A stretch of 64,000 nucleotides of DNA, taken from the NCBI RefSeq assembly GCF_006345805.1, contig NC_042999.1, positions 12,710,001 to 12,774,000 of the forward strand, read 5' to 3'. Shown here piece by piece: positions 12,271-24,190 of the stretch. A program made the translations under genes and the position numbers. Positions within the stretch are counted from its first letter, which is position 1. Each line of letters begins with the position of its first letter. This DNA comes from Octopus sinensis. Taxonomy: Eukaryota. A model generated the notes under the pieces. The model worked only from the letters and a program-made list of their open reading frames with translations. It was not told where the DNA came from and made no database searches.

Positions 12271-13519
12271 AAATGAAGGTAGTGATAGATGGCGTCTGAA
12301 AGGTAGTATCGTATTCCCAAAGAGAAGTCATCGATAGAGCAGAGTCAGATGACACGTCTTTCCTGGAGCAAATATGGATCTAGTTTGTTTGGCTACCAGC
12401 ATTTCAAAAATTGAAGTTTATTGAAAATTTTAAAATTTGGCACATTAATATACCTTTCGAAGCTAAATTGCTAGAATTATTCAATTTTTTCCAGAAAAAT
12501 ATTTAAAAAAAGTTATAGAGGTTTAAAGTTTGATAATTTTCACCCAGTCCAAAAATAGGGTTTCAAAGCTGTCATTTTGTGCGTGACTGCACATTGTGTC
12601 AGCATTCTGAAAATAGCAATTGTGTTTTCACATGAAATCATAGAATTACGCATGACATTATAATCCCTCAGAACTTTTTTATTTTCCGGAGTTTTTATAA
12701 AATTTTTGCGAACTTGTTTTCTACATGTGGGACTTGATACAATTATACCAAGAAAAAAACATTTGTGGTAGAGACACTTGATCAAGGGTTCATGCATTGA
12801 GATTGAACTCCAATCCATATAATTGGGAAGTAAACTTCTTAATCATACAACCAAGACTCTACGACCCACCCCACCTATACACACATATACAAGGACCTCT
12901 TTCAGTTTCCACTTATGAAATCATTCCTGGGCTATTGTAAAAGGAATTGAACTTGAAACCATTTGGCTGGGAAGCAAACTTTTCAAATGCCCATCCGTGC
13001 CTTTGTCCTCATCACCATTGACATCCATGTTCCATGCTGGCATGGATTGGATAATTTGACAGGATTCAGTAGGTTTGAAGACTGCATCATATTTCAATGT
13101 CTGCTTTGGTGTGGTTTCTATGCCTGGATGCCCTTCCTAATGCCAACCACTTAACAGTGTGGACAGGGTGGTTTTTCATGGTGCCAACGTTAGTGAGGTC
13201 ACCATGCAACCAACAAGACTAAGATCCCCATCAATCAAATGGGGCTATAATAGAGAGGAAGACCGCTTTATGCTATGGGATGAGGGGTTAAAGTTCAAGA
13301 GAAAGGGCTAGAACAAGTTTTTTATTGTAGAGGAGTCACACAGTTATTCACATAATAAAAGGAACAGTGGGAGTTACAAGGGTGGAGCTGAAAGGAGAAA
13401 AAAGACTAAATGGTATTGATGAGATGTCAGGTTGGGCCTTGAAGATATGAGGCAAATAAAAGTGAGTGGCTGAGGACAATGCGTAAATATTTGCTTTCGT
13501 GTTTTTTTTTTAAAGATAT

Positions 13520-14098
13520 TATAGATGTTTTCGATCTAGTTTGAATTCTTTGCCATCAAATTTGAATTCTTTTCAATCAAATTTGACTTCTTTGCAATCA
13601 AATTGGAATTTTTCAGTTGGTGCTCAAGCCTTGAAAAAGAAAGAGAGTTAAACTACATCAGCCGTTAGGGAACACATGTCTATCTTATCTAACTCGTCCA
13701 GTAGAGCCCACCAATTGGTATCTGAAAAGTTCGATGAAATAACTCATGAACACCGCCATAGCTTCTACCAAAAGATGTTCTTTTACGACGACCAGTCTCA
13801 ACAAGGGGAGGTAATAGGAAAAGAATCATTTGTTTATTATCTCCCCTTGTTCAGACCGGTCGACGATGTAAATATGTTGAAGCATCTTTTGGTAGAAGCT
13901 ATGGCAGTGTTCATGAGTTATTTCATCGAACTTTTCAGATATCAATTGGTGGGCTCTACTGGACGAGTCAGATAAGACAGACATGCATTCCCTTACGGCT
14001 GATGCAGTTTAACTCTCTTTCTTTTTCAAGGCTTGAGCACCAACTGAAAAATTCCAATTTGATGGCAAAAAATTCAAACTAGATCGAAAACATCTATA
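13520..14098. mobile_element. Foldback/MITE: about 270-bp inverted arms around a 20-nt loop
   Basis: Arms 13520-13815 and 13836-14098 are about 95% reverse-complementary in the core; TA at both outer ends. Confidence 0.9.
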
Positions 14099-14962
14099 TT
14101 TAGGTAGTGGGTAGTGATTTTCTTCATAACGAGTTCTGGGCTTAGCTGACAGTACCTGGTATGGGCCCCTGTCCAGGGTTACGGAAAGGAGACAACCTTC
14201 AAAGAAATCTGGAGTGATGCCCCGTAGGCAGTTTAGTGTTCAACTCGACACTCTTCTGGCAGCTTCTGCAACCAAGCTGCTTCCAAACATAATGCTCTGA
14301 ACTCCTTTGGATTACGTCAGTAAGGTCGAGAGAGAAATCCTGACGATTGGGCTACCCAGGATTTTCTTGCATGCAGCCCAGGCCTGTGCAAAACTGGGGA
14401 GGAAACTGGAAAGGACATGAAATATAAAAACCAGACTGGATTAGTTTATGCGCAACTCCATTGCCTTCCGAGACAAAAGGATGGCAACAACAACAATTTG
14501 GACAAAAGTAAGAGTGTGTGCGTGTGGTTAACAAGTTCACTTTGTAACTATAAGGGTTTAGGTCAATTCCAGTGTGTAGCACTTTGGGAAAATGTTTTCT
14601 ACCACAGCCTCAGATCAGCTACAGAGTTGTGGAGGAATTTGATAGTCTGGAAGTTTATTGGAGGGACTGTTTTGGTTTCTGGGAAGTAAGATTAAATTTG
14701 TAGCCTAGTTTAATATCATATCACCACCTGGCCTGAGGGTGTTTTTAGCAGTCCACATTGTTGCAAGCATTCAGGCTAGATATCTGGTTTGAGGATAGCT
14801 TACTCTCTTCCTCCCTTCCAGTTATGGAGGCCCTGCAAAAGATCATAGGTGTTGCTTTTCCTCCAGTGACTGAAATAAAAAAGCTAAAAATTCTGTAAAA
14901 ATTTTTTTTAAATTGATAAAATAGTGTTTGACTTAATTCATGTTTTGTTTTGTTTCTTGAAG

Positions 14963-15145
14963 GATGGAAAAGTTTCATGTAAAAGAAAGCAATGTCCGTT
15001 TTTAAATTGTTCAAATCCTATGCAACTTCCAAACCAGTGTTGTCCAGTCTGTGAAAGTGGTTGTCATTCGGAAAGAGGTTCTTATTATTTAGAAGGACAA
15101 AACTTCGATGACCCAGAAGATGACTGTCGCACATGCATCTGTTTA
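14963..15145 (+). CDS. KCP: KCP-like exon 6
   Basis: ttgaag|GATGGA...TGTTTA|gtaaga; DGKVSCKRKQC...CCPVCESGCHSE...DDCRTCICL; 183 nt, phase 0 to 0. Confidence 0.93.
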
Positions 15146-15452
15146 GTAAGAAATTTCCTTCTTTACTTTTTTATGATTTCACATGACAAAAATTCAATTA
15201 GATTTCTTTTGGTAAACTCTAGACCTACTCATTCACTGGAGATTATAACTGTAGATTCTTTTAATGAATTATTGATCAGTAGTATACTAATCTGATTTTG
15301 ATTTCACTTTATGAAATGATATAAAATAGTTAAAAACATTTAGTAAAATTAATTTGATGACAAAAGTCAGTAGACTTTGTATTATAAAAAATTTGCTTCC
15401 ATTTTGTAAAACTAAAGTTATATAAAAAAAAAATTTGACATTTCTCTTGTAG

Positions 15453-15629
15453 AACAGACAGATTATTTGTAGAGTTAAAGAATGCCCTCCAATCTCATGT
15501 TCTCACCCAGCTCGAGAAACTAACCGCTGCTGTCCAACTTGTGATTTTTGTGAATATGACCGGAGAATCTTCCGAGACAAGCAAAGATTCTTTGACCCTC
15601 GACTTCCAACAAGAACATGTGAATGTTTG
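15453..15629 (+). CDS. KCP: KCP-like exon 7
   Basis: ttgtag|AACAGA...TGTTTG|gtaagt; NRQIICRVKEC...RCCPTCDFCEYDRRIF...DPRLPTRTCECL; 177 nt, phase 0 to 0; not in the ORF track. Confidence 0.92.
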
Positions 15630-16115
15630 GTAAGTCGAACACTTTCGTTATTTCTTTTGAAACAAAAACTCCCTTTGCTTTGAATTAAATTTTGAAAATA
15701 CTGAAGACTTTAGTAAAATAACTTTTGGTCTTTATTAAACTGATGTTTGGAACATAAATTAACTTGAAATTTTGATTTAGATTACTTTGGGAGATTTGTA
15801 CCCTAGCATCAAGTGTGATGTTAGGCAGGTGTAAATGTGCACCTGCTTTTCATTTTTTTCTGGAAATTACGTTTCTAGACCCAACCTTTTGCCTAAATTC
15901 CACCATAAAAAGATCCCATTGTAATTCAGCAATTGCTTAATGCTACCTTATATCTTCTTATGTTACTAGAATTTCTGCTCTCCTTCCTGTTGGTGCTTCA
16001 GAGAGATGTTCTTCTACTTCTATCTTTAAACCATATTTATCTCTGGATTTCTTTTGTTTTTTCTGCAAACAAATCTCTGCTTTTTACTTTTAAACTTATA
16101 ATCTGGTTGCTATTT

Positions 16116-16349
16116 CATCAGTGTTTTGATGTCCACTTTTCCATGCTCGGATGAATCACATAAAAATTGGTGTGGCAGATTTCCTATTACCAGGTGCCTT
16201 TCCTGTTGCCTTGCCAACACTAATCTCTTTCCAAGGAAGTTAATATTTCTCTCCAGACATCATTTTCTTGGAAGATTGAAAACGAATGATACCACTTACC
16301 TGATGTTGATGCTCATTTACAACTATCACCTGACATCGATACAATGAGG

Positions 16350-16442
<93 letters not shown>

Positions 16443-16593
16443 ACTTACTTCTTTTGGTTTTTGTCAACCAAATCCATTCACAAGGCTTTAATCAACCCAG
16501 AGCTATAACAGAAAACATTTGCTCAAGGTACCATGCAGTGAGACTGAACCTAGAATCTTGTGATTGGTAGGCAAGCTTTTTAACCACACAGCC
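16116..16593 (-). mobile_element. tRNA/CORE-like SINE with internal microsatellite and RTE-like 3' tail
   Basis: Minus-strand head GGCTGTGTGGTTAAAAAG...GGTACCTTGAGCAAATG, (TG)n(AG)n, tail ...GGAAAAGTGGACATC. Confidence 0.7.
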
Positions 16594-16774
16594 TAACCTG
16601 TGCAGTTGCTCTGAATTATGAAATCATAAATTTTCACATATTATTTCATGTTTTCATTAAATGTTCATCCCTCTTGTCTGAGCTTATCTAAAATTATTCT
16701 TTCATTTAAATTTTCCTTTCTAAAAGAATAAGTGCAAGTTAACTTCCATTGGAATATAACTTATTTAATAATAA

Positions 16775-17036
16775 TGATGGGCTCTCCCTTCCAAGACAGT
16801 GCATGTGTGTTCAGATTTTTCTGAACGACCTATAGTGATGTATGTGTTCACTCCCTCCACCAAATTGGCATTACCTGAACAGGTGCATGGTGTACCACAT
16901 GTCAGGTGTTAAAGTGATTACAGAGCAACCAACGTGAGATGAAATGTTTTCCTCAAGAACACAACACACCGCCCAGTCTAGGAATTGAAATCATGATCTT
17001 GCAATTGTGAGTGTAACACCCAAACCACTAGGCCAT
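16775..17036 (-). mobile_element. tRNA-derived SINE (same family as 6507-6800)
   Basis: Shared body TCACTCCCTCCA..A, CCACATGTCAG.TGT and head CCACTAGGCCA. Confidence 0.7.
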
Positions 17037-17046
17037 GCATCCTCTT

Positions 17047-17603
17047 AATAATGATAATAAATGCCTTGATGCAGTACCAGGCAGTGGCTCTTGTGTGGCT
17101 TCTGACCATAACTGATTGGAAGTGTTATCATGTCCATTGTTTTGTCTTGGTATAAAAGATGGGCAACAGCAAATATTCTGCTCAATACCACAGATTTGCT
17201 TGTCAGTTGTTTGACCTTAAACCAGTTGAGCATGACAATCTGTGCATCTCTGGTCACAAGATGGTGGGGAAGTATCATAGCCATGTGTTGAGAGGAAGTC
17301 TTTGGAGTTTGAATAATTCACATCTGGGAACATGAGTGTTTCATTCAACATCCTTAAACAACCCTTATTCAAGGACCATTTGAGTGGGATGGGCTATTCA
17401 ACCTAAAGAAAATTCCAACTGGGCCCCATCTGCAAGGTCATGCGCTGTTTATCTTGATATAAGATCACCATCTTATCCATGTGTGGTTGTGATTGCATAT
17501 ACCTGGTGTACTCTTATCAGACGGGTAGTCATGATGGTTGTATTGAGCTTCGTATAATTGTACACCAGTGTCATTTTGATGGCATGTGCTGCTCTCTCAC
17601 TCA
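17047..17603. mobile_element. Probable interspersed repeat, about 560 bp, family unassigned
   Basis: Bounded by (AAT)n and (AGT)n microsatellites; recalled as a common Octopus repeat, single copy here. Confidence 0.4.
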
Positions 17604-17617
17604 GTAGTAGTAGTAGT

Positions 17618-17900
17618 CATCATCATCATCATCATCATTTAGTGTCCGCTTTCCATGCTAGCATGGGTTGGACGGTTCAACTGGGGTCTGGGAAGCCAGA
17701 AGGGTGCATCAGGCCCAGTCTGATCTGGCAGTGTTTCTATGGCTGGATGCCCTTCCTAATGCCAACCACTCCGTGAGTGTAGTGGGTGCTTTTTACGTGC
17801 CACCCGCACAGGTGCCAGACGGAGCTGGCAAACGGCCACGGACGGATGGTGCTTTTTACGTGCCACCGGCACGGGGGCCAGGCGAGGCTGGCAACGGCCA
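17618..17900 (-). mobile_element. RTE family A 3' terminal fragment
   Basis: (CAT)n tail and conserved terminus plus two UTR modules on the minus strand. Confidence 0.88.
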
Positions 17901-17901
17901 A

Positions 17902-17936
<35 letters not shown>

Positions 17937-18205
17937 GAGCATGAAACAAGTGAAATAAATAATTAGAAGTAAGAAGTAACTTTTCAGAATTAATTTTTGT
18001 GTAATGTCAAAAATAAACAATTTGAAGTTATTTAGATTGGAGCCTTTCATCAAAACATCATGGTAATTTATGTTCCAAACACAAGCTTCATAATGATAAA
18101 GTTAATCTTCTAAATCCTTCCCAATTTTCAAAATTGAAACAAAGGCAGTATATTTCAACAAGAATATGATTATTAAAGAGAGAAACATTTTTTTTAAAAT
18201 TTCAG

Positions 18206-18410
18206 GCTGGTTCCGTTGTCTGTGATGCAGATGGTTCAACTTGTTCATATGAAGGGAAAACTTACAAAGAAGCCGAGGTTTTCTTAAGCCATAACGAATG
18301 TGAAGAATGTATCTGTCAAAACTCCCAAGTCACCTGTCAATCAGTCTCTTGTCCTGATTTGCAATGTCAGCATCCGGCAAACACTGATGGCTGCTGTCCT
18401 TCCTGTTACA
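18206..18410 (+). CDS. KCP: KCP-like exon 8
   Basis: tttcag|GCTGGT...TACA|gtaagt; AGSVVCDADGSTCSYEG...NECEECICQNSQVTC...GCCPSCY; phase 0 to 1. Confidence 0.92.
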
Positions 18411-18454
18411 GTAAGTGGTTTTCTTCTGAGTTACCAGTGCTTGCCAGCATGTTT

Positions 18455-21190
18455 ATCTTTTTATTTGGTGGGTGATGCGGAAACTGGGGATTGACAAATG
18501 GTTAATAAGGGTTGTACAGGCCCTATACAGAGATGCCATTAGTAAGGTTTGGGTTGGTAGTGAGTATAGTGAAGAATTCCGGGTAGAAGTAGGGGTCTAC
18601 CAAGGATCAGCCCTCAGCCCCTTCTTGTTCGTCTTAGTCCTCCAAGCAATTACAGAAGAATTCAAGACAGGTTACCCCTGGGAACTCCTCTATGCTGATG
18701 ACCTGGCTCTCATAGCAGAATCACTACCGGAACTAGAGAAGAAATCTCAGAGGTGGAAGCAAGGTTTAGAATTGAAGGGCCTTAGAGTCAATGCCGCAAA
18801 GACCAAAGTTCTAGTAAGTAGGAAGGTGAACACATCAACACCCCTTCAGGTAGGTGGCCCTGCTCAATCTGTAGAAAAGGTATAGGTAGAAGTTCCATAA
18901 GATGTACCCAGTGCAAGCTATGGACACATAAGAGCTGCAACAACATCAGAGGAAGATTAACCGGGAAGATAGCTTTCATGTGTGACAGATGCACAGGGGC
19001 AATAAACACCACAGATGCTCAGAAAACAGATTCCATCACATGACAAGGGGAGAAACTAGAAGTAGTTCATAGCTTCTGCTACCTAGGTGACCAAGCCTGT
19101 AGTGGGGGTGGATGCTCAGAGAGTGTTACACTAGAATAAGAATAGCCTGGGCAAAGTTCAGAAAGCTTTTACCCCTACTGGTGACAATAGGGCCTCTTGT
19201 TCGGAGTGAAAGGTACATTGTACGATGCATGTGTGTGAACTGCCATGCTTCATGGCAGTGAAACATGGGTTGTGACTGCAGAGGACATGCATAGGCTCGA
19301 AAGAAATGAAGCTAGCACGATCCACTGGATGTGTAATGTCAGTGTGCATGTACGACAGAGTGTAAGTGCCCTGAGAGAAATGTTGGACATAAGAAGCTTT
19401 GGATGTGGTGTGCAAGAGAGACATTTGCACTGGTATGGTCATGTACTATGGATGGTCGAACGCTTTAGATAGGTACAAGATGTTTGAAATCCTTAAGCTC
19501 TATGGGATACCAGACAAAATCATTTCTGCGATCAAGGTCCTCTACACAGATACATCTTCAACCATCTTAACCCCTGACAGAGAAACATCATCTTTCTCAA
19601 TCAAAGCCGGAATACTGCAGGGAGACACACTCGCCCCATTTCTTTTCATCATTGTTGTTGATTATGTGCTACGTATGTCAGTTGATACCATCTCTGGCAA
19701 GGGCTTTGAAATAAAACCAAGAAGAAGTTCCAGACACCCAGCTGAGTACTTGACAGACACTGACTTTGCTGACGACATCGCTCTTATCAGTGATTCTCTC
19801 TCCAATGCCCAGTCTCTTTTACAGTCTCTTGAACAAGCCTCAAACTGTGTAGGTCTTTACCTCAATGAGGCCAAAACTGAATACATAAACAAGTGCCTGT
19901 CCAACAGTGATTGCATCATCCATACTCTCAACAATGCGCCCTTAAATATGGTTTCTGATTACAAATATCTTGGGTCATACATATCATCATCTGCAAAAGA
20001 CTTTCTAACTAGAAAGGGTATGGCCTGGTCAGCCTGTAATGACATGCATAAGATCTGGTCATCAAATCTAAGTAGAGACTTCAAACTTGAAATATTCAAA
20101 GCCACAGTCGAACCAATTCTACTATATGGCTCAGAAACCTGGACGTTATCAAAGAAGCTTGAGAGGCGGTTGGATGGAACCTACACTCGCCTCCTTATGA
20201 GAGCTCAAAATCTCTCGTGGAAGCGCCATCCAACCAAAATGCAAATATATGGGAAACTACCACCTGTATCATCTCTTGTGAAAGGTAGGAGAGTCCAGTT
20301 TGCTGGACATTGTTGTAGAGCTGAAAAAGAGGTAATTTCTACTCTTCTCCTCTGGAAGCCATCTGCTCACGATACCAGAGGGCACGCACTCTCCTACCCT
20401 GATGTAATCTCCAGGGATACAGGCATCCAGCAACAGGACCTCCGTAATGCCATGATGGACCGTGAAGTCTGGCGTAGCATGGTAAATTCCATTGTCTCAA
20501 CCACGGTCGAACAATGATGGTGATGATGATGGATGGATGAGGACAGCTATGTGAAGAAGTGCCACTCCCAAACAGTGGAAGGAATCCGGGGTAGAGGGAG
20601 ACCCAGGAAGATGTGGGATGAGGTGGTTAAGCATGACCTTCGAACGTTGGGCCTCACAGAGGCAATGACAAAAGACCGAGACCTCTTGAGATATTCTGTA
20701 ACTGCGAAGACCCAGCAAATAAAGTGAGTCCATAGATGTAACCTACACCAGTGTTGCATAACCAGCCTACTCAAAGGTACCTTGGATCATAGGGCGACAT
20801 GCCATGCTTGAGGAGACCTATTGAGTCAAGTACTTCAACATTAACATCAAATCAAATGGAAATTGTAGTTGTGGTCCCCATGCTGGTGGCATGTAAAAAG
20901 CACCATCCAAATGTGGCCGATGCCAGCACCGCCTTGACTGGCTTCTGTGCCAGTGGTATGTAAAAAGCACCATTCGATTGTGGTTGATGCCAACCTACTC
21001 TGGCCACTGTGCCGGTGGCATGTAAAAAGCACCCACTACACTCTCAGAGTTGTTGGTGTTAGGAAGGGCATCCAGCTGTAGAAACACTGGCAGATCAGAT
21101 TGGAGCCTGGTGCAACCTCCTGGCTTCCCAGATGCCAGTCGAACCGTCCAACCCATGCCAGCATAGAAAACGGACGTTAAATGATGATGA
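18455..21190 (+). mobile_element. RTE family A copy, interrupted at 19455/20529 by a second LINE
   Basis: YADD, HGSETW, GRPRKMWDEVVKHDL motifs with frameshifts; UTR modules and (GAT)n tail; host sequence resumes after the insert. Confidence 0.92.
19456..20528 (+). mobile_element. RTE-clade LINE (family B), 5'-truncated, open ORF
   Basis: LQGDTLAPFLF, FADDIAL, YLG, LLYGSETWT motifs; no stop in about 350 codons; TGA stop runs into a (TGA)n tail; 8-bp TSD ATGGATGG. Confidence 0.93.
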
Positions 21191-21499
21191 AACCTTACAA
21201 AAAAGTATTTTTAAAAAGAGGGTAAGGGGACATAATGTGTGGAAATAGAGTGTTGATGGTGCTGTTTCTGGGGATAGTGTTGATGAATGGTGGTAGTGGT
21301 TGTAAGAATCTAGGGACAGCTGAATAGCAAAAGGTCTTCAGAAAAGAATCCTACCCACTTTCAAGTGTTTTGGTCCTTAAATGATATCAATGAGAAATTG
21401 ATCCAATAATACCACGCAAATTACTCTTTCATAGTTTCTGTTCAACACTTATCTTTTAATTTTGAAAAAAAACGAAAAGCTTTGTAACCACTTAGGTGT

Positions 21500-23030
21500 G
21501 GCTGATTGGACAGTTTGACAGGATCTGACCAGCTGAAGGGCTGTTGAGGCTCCCTGTCTGTTTTGGTGTGGTTTCTATGGCTGGATGCCCTTCCTAACGG
21601 CACTTTACAGAATGCACCAGGTGCTTTTTATGTAGCACCAGCACCTACAAACCCATGAGATTATGGATCCTTAGCTGGAGAGGATTGCAGGGGATGATCC
21701 TGTAAGCAAGGACAGCCATGCTTTTACTTAGCTTGATGTGTCTTTTCCAGCACAGCAAGCCACCAGGAGTCATGGTTCCTTGACATCCCCTCCTGTGACT
21801 CCCATCAGCTGTAGATCCTTTCTCACCACTTTGTCCCATGTCTTCCTGGGTCTATCCTTCCACACGCACAATTAGAAATCTGCACTTCTTGTTGCAATTG
21901 TCTTCATTCATACACATTACATGGCCATACCAGTGCAGTCTTCTCTCTTGCACACCATATCTAATACAACATATACCCAGTTTTTCTCTTAAATCACTTA
22001 CACTCTGTCGTATATGCACACTAACATTACCCATCCAGTGGAGCATACTGGTTTCAGTTCTTTCAAGTCTTTGCATATCCTCAGTAGTCACAGCCCATGT
22101 CTCACTGCCATACAGCATAGGTGTCTGTAAATGGGCATGATACAATCTGCCTTTCACTCTGATGGAGAGGCCCTTCATTACTAACAGAGGTAGTAGCTCT
22201 CTGAACTTCACCCAGTCTATTCTTATTCTAGCAGCTATGCTTTCAGAACAACCTGCCCCACTACTAACTTGGTCCCCTAAGTAATGGAAGCTATCTACTA
22301 CTTCTAGGGATCTCCCCCTGGTATACGAGAGAGTCTATTTTTTATGTATTCCTGGTGTTTAATGTATCCACACATCTGCCACATGTAAAGATTACCCTCT
22401 CTGTTAGTTAGCCTCTGATATTGCTGCACCTCTTATGTGTCCATAGCTTACACTGGGTACATCTTATGGAGTTTCTCCCAACACCTTTTCTACATATTGA
22501 GCAGGGCCATCTCCCCGGAGGAATCTGCAATTTGTCATTTTCTTACTTATCAATACTTTGGCTTGTACTAAATTAACTCTAAGGCCCTTTGATTACAGTC
22601 TGTGCTTCCATACCTGAAATTTCTTCTCTAGTTCAGGTAGGGATTCAGCAGTGAGAACAAGGTCATCAGCATATATTCCTCAGTTATAGCTTGGAGGACT
22701 ATGATAAATAAGTGGAGGCTAAGAACTGAACCCTGGTGGATTCCTACTTGTACACTAAACTCCTTGCTATATTCATTGGCCACTCTCATCTTACTAACAG
22801 CCTCCCTATACATGGCTTGGACAACTCCCACTAACCACTGATCTATCTCTTGCTTCTGCATTGCCCCCCAGATAAGAGATCAGGGCACCATGCCAAAGGC
22901 TTTCTCCAGGTCAACAAAAGCCAGAAACAGGGGTTTATTTTTGGCCAAGTATTTCTCCTGCAGTTGCCTCACCAGGAAGATGGCATCAGTGGTGCTTCTC
23001 CCTGGCACAAAACTGCATCTCATGTGCTAA
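21500..23030 (-). mobile_element. RTE family A copy (RT C-terminus to 3' end)
   Basis: GIHQGSVLS, MLYGSETW motifs on the minus strand. Confidence 0.9.
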
Positions 23031-23599
23031 CTCTCTTCTCAATTAATTGAGCAGACATAAAACAATGATGAGGATGTCTTTTTTTAATGTAACTACATGT
23101 TTAAAAGAGCTGCAAGTTAAAATAAAATGTTCAATAATATGGAGTTCAAATTTAGATGATTGAACTTACAGCCCTTGTGTATACATAAATGTGTGTGTGT
23201 ATCATCATTGTCTACCTTCCATGCTGGCATGGACAGTTTGACTGAGTTTAATGAATCCTGCTCCAATGTCTCAGTCTTGGCATTGTTTTTATGTCTTAGA
23301 TGCCATTCCTGATATCAACTACTTTACGGCACATATAGGATGCTTTTTAGCTTTGTGGCATCAGCACTGGTGAGGTGGTCTTGTACACAGCAAAACTAAA
23401 GAACTGACATACTGAAACAAGAAGAAAGAAAGAGAGAGGGGGGTGGGGGAAGGGGATGATTCTAGGTGAGTTGATGAAGTCTAATGAGAGGAAGAGATTT
23501 GTTGTGATGGTGGAGAAGGAGGCAGGATAAAAGCGTGAGTGGGTGGGTGAGGTGTGGATCCATCACTCTCATGTGGAAAAAGTAAATAAAGATTGAGAG

Positions 23600-24145
23600 T
23601 GAGGAAGGGGGTGTGAGCTAGGAGGAAAGAGATTAAAGCATGGATGATCTGATGAGGTGGGAGAGTGACATTCCTGGTTAGGAAAGAGTTGGGAGTATTG
23701 TTGGAGACTGAGGAAGACATGGGATGAAATCCTGAAGAACAACCTCAGTATACTGAACCTTTCAGGTGAGATAACAAAGGACTGAGATGTCTGGCACCCT
23801 GCTGCAGCCAAGAACACCTGCACTCCACAGCCCTGGTCCCTTTGGTGGTGTTAAGCATCTGTGTGGCATCATGTAAAAGTGGCTGTGTGACACCATATAA
23901 AAGCACCCATGCGGTGCCACATAAATGTGCCTGTACAGCGCCATATAAAAGTGTCCATGCAATGCCATGTAAAAAGCACCCAGCACACTCTGTAAAATGG
24001 TTGGCATTAGGAAGGGCATCCAGCTTTAGAAACCATGCCTAATCGGACTGGAGTCTGGTGCAGCTTCCCGGCTTTACCAGCTCTTGTCAAACCATCTAAC
24101 TCATGCCAGCTGGGGCAATGGATGTTAAATGATGATGATGATGAT
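23600..24145 (+). mobile_element. Older RTE-A-related 3' end with about 24-bp UTR modules
   Basis: RKTWDEILKNNL remnant, repeated GCCA(C/T)RTAAAAG units, conserved terminus, (GAT)n. Confidence 0.75.
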
Positions 24146-24190
24146 AAGAATTCTTATTTATATTTATGTTTTGTTCACTTTGTTTTACAG

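Noticed and set aside
14130-14400. GC-richer segment resembling a LINE 5' UTR, possibly with an HDV-like ribozyme
   Set aside because: No ribozyme fold or adjoining ORF could be shown; left unassigned.
15630-18205. A missed exon restoring Cys6-10 of the half-module
   Set aside because: No Cys-patterned segment with splice sites found by eye; the intron is mostly SINE/RTE sequence, and the truncation lies inside exon 8.
19399-19455. N-terminus of the 372-aa ORF as a real start
   Set aside because: The first about 19 codons are host RTE-A sequence read out of frame upstream of the TSD; the ORF is a chimeric artefact of a 5'-truncated insertion.
23430-23456. G-quadruplex candidate
   Set aside because: Only three separable G-runs; common in this repeat-rich background.
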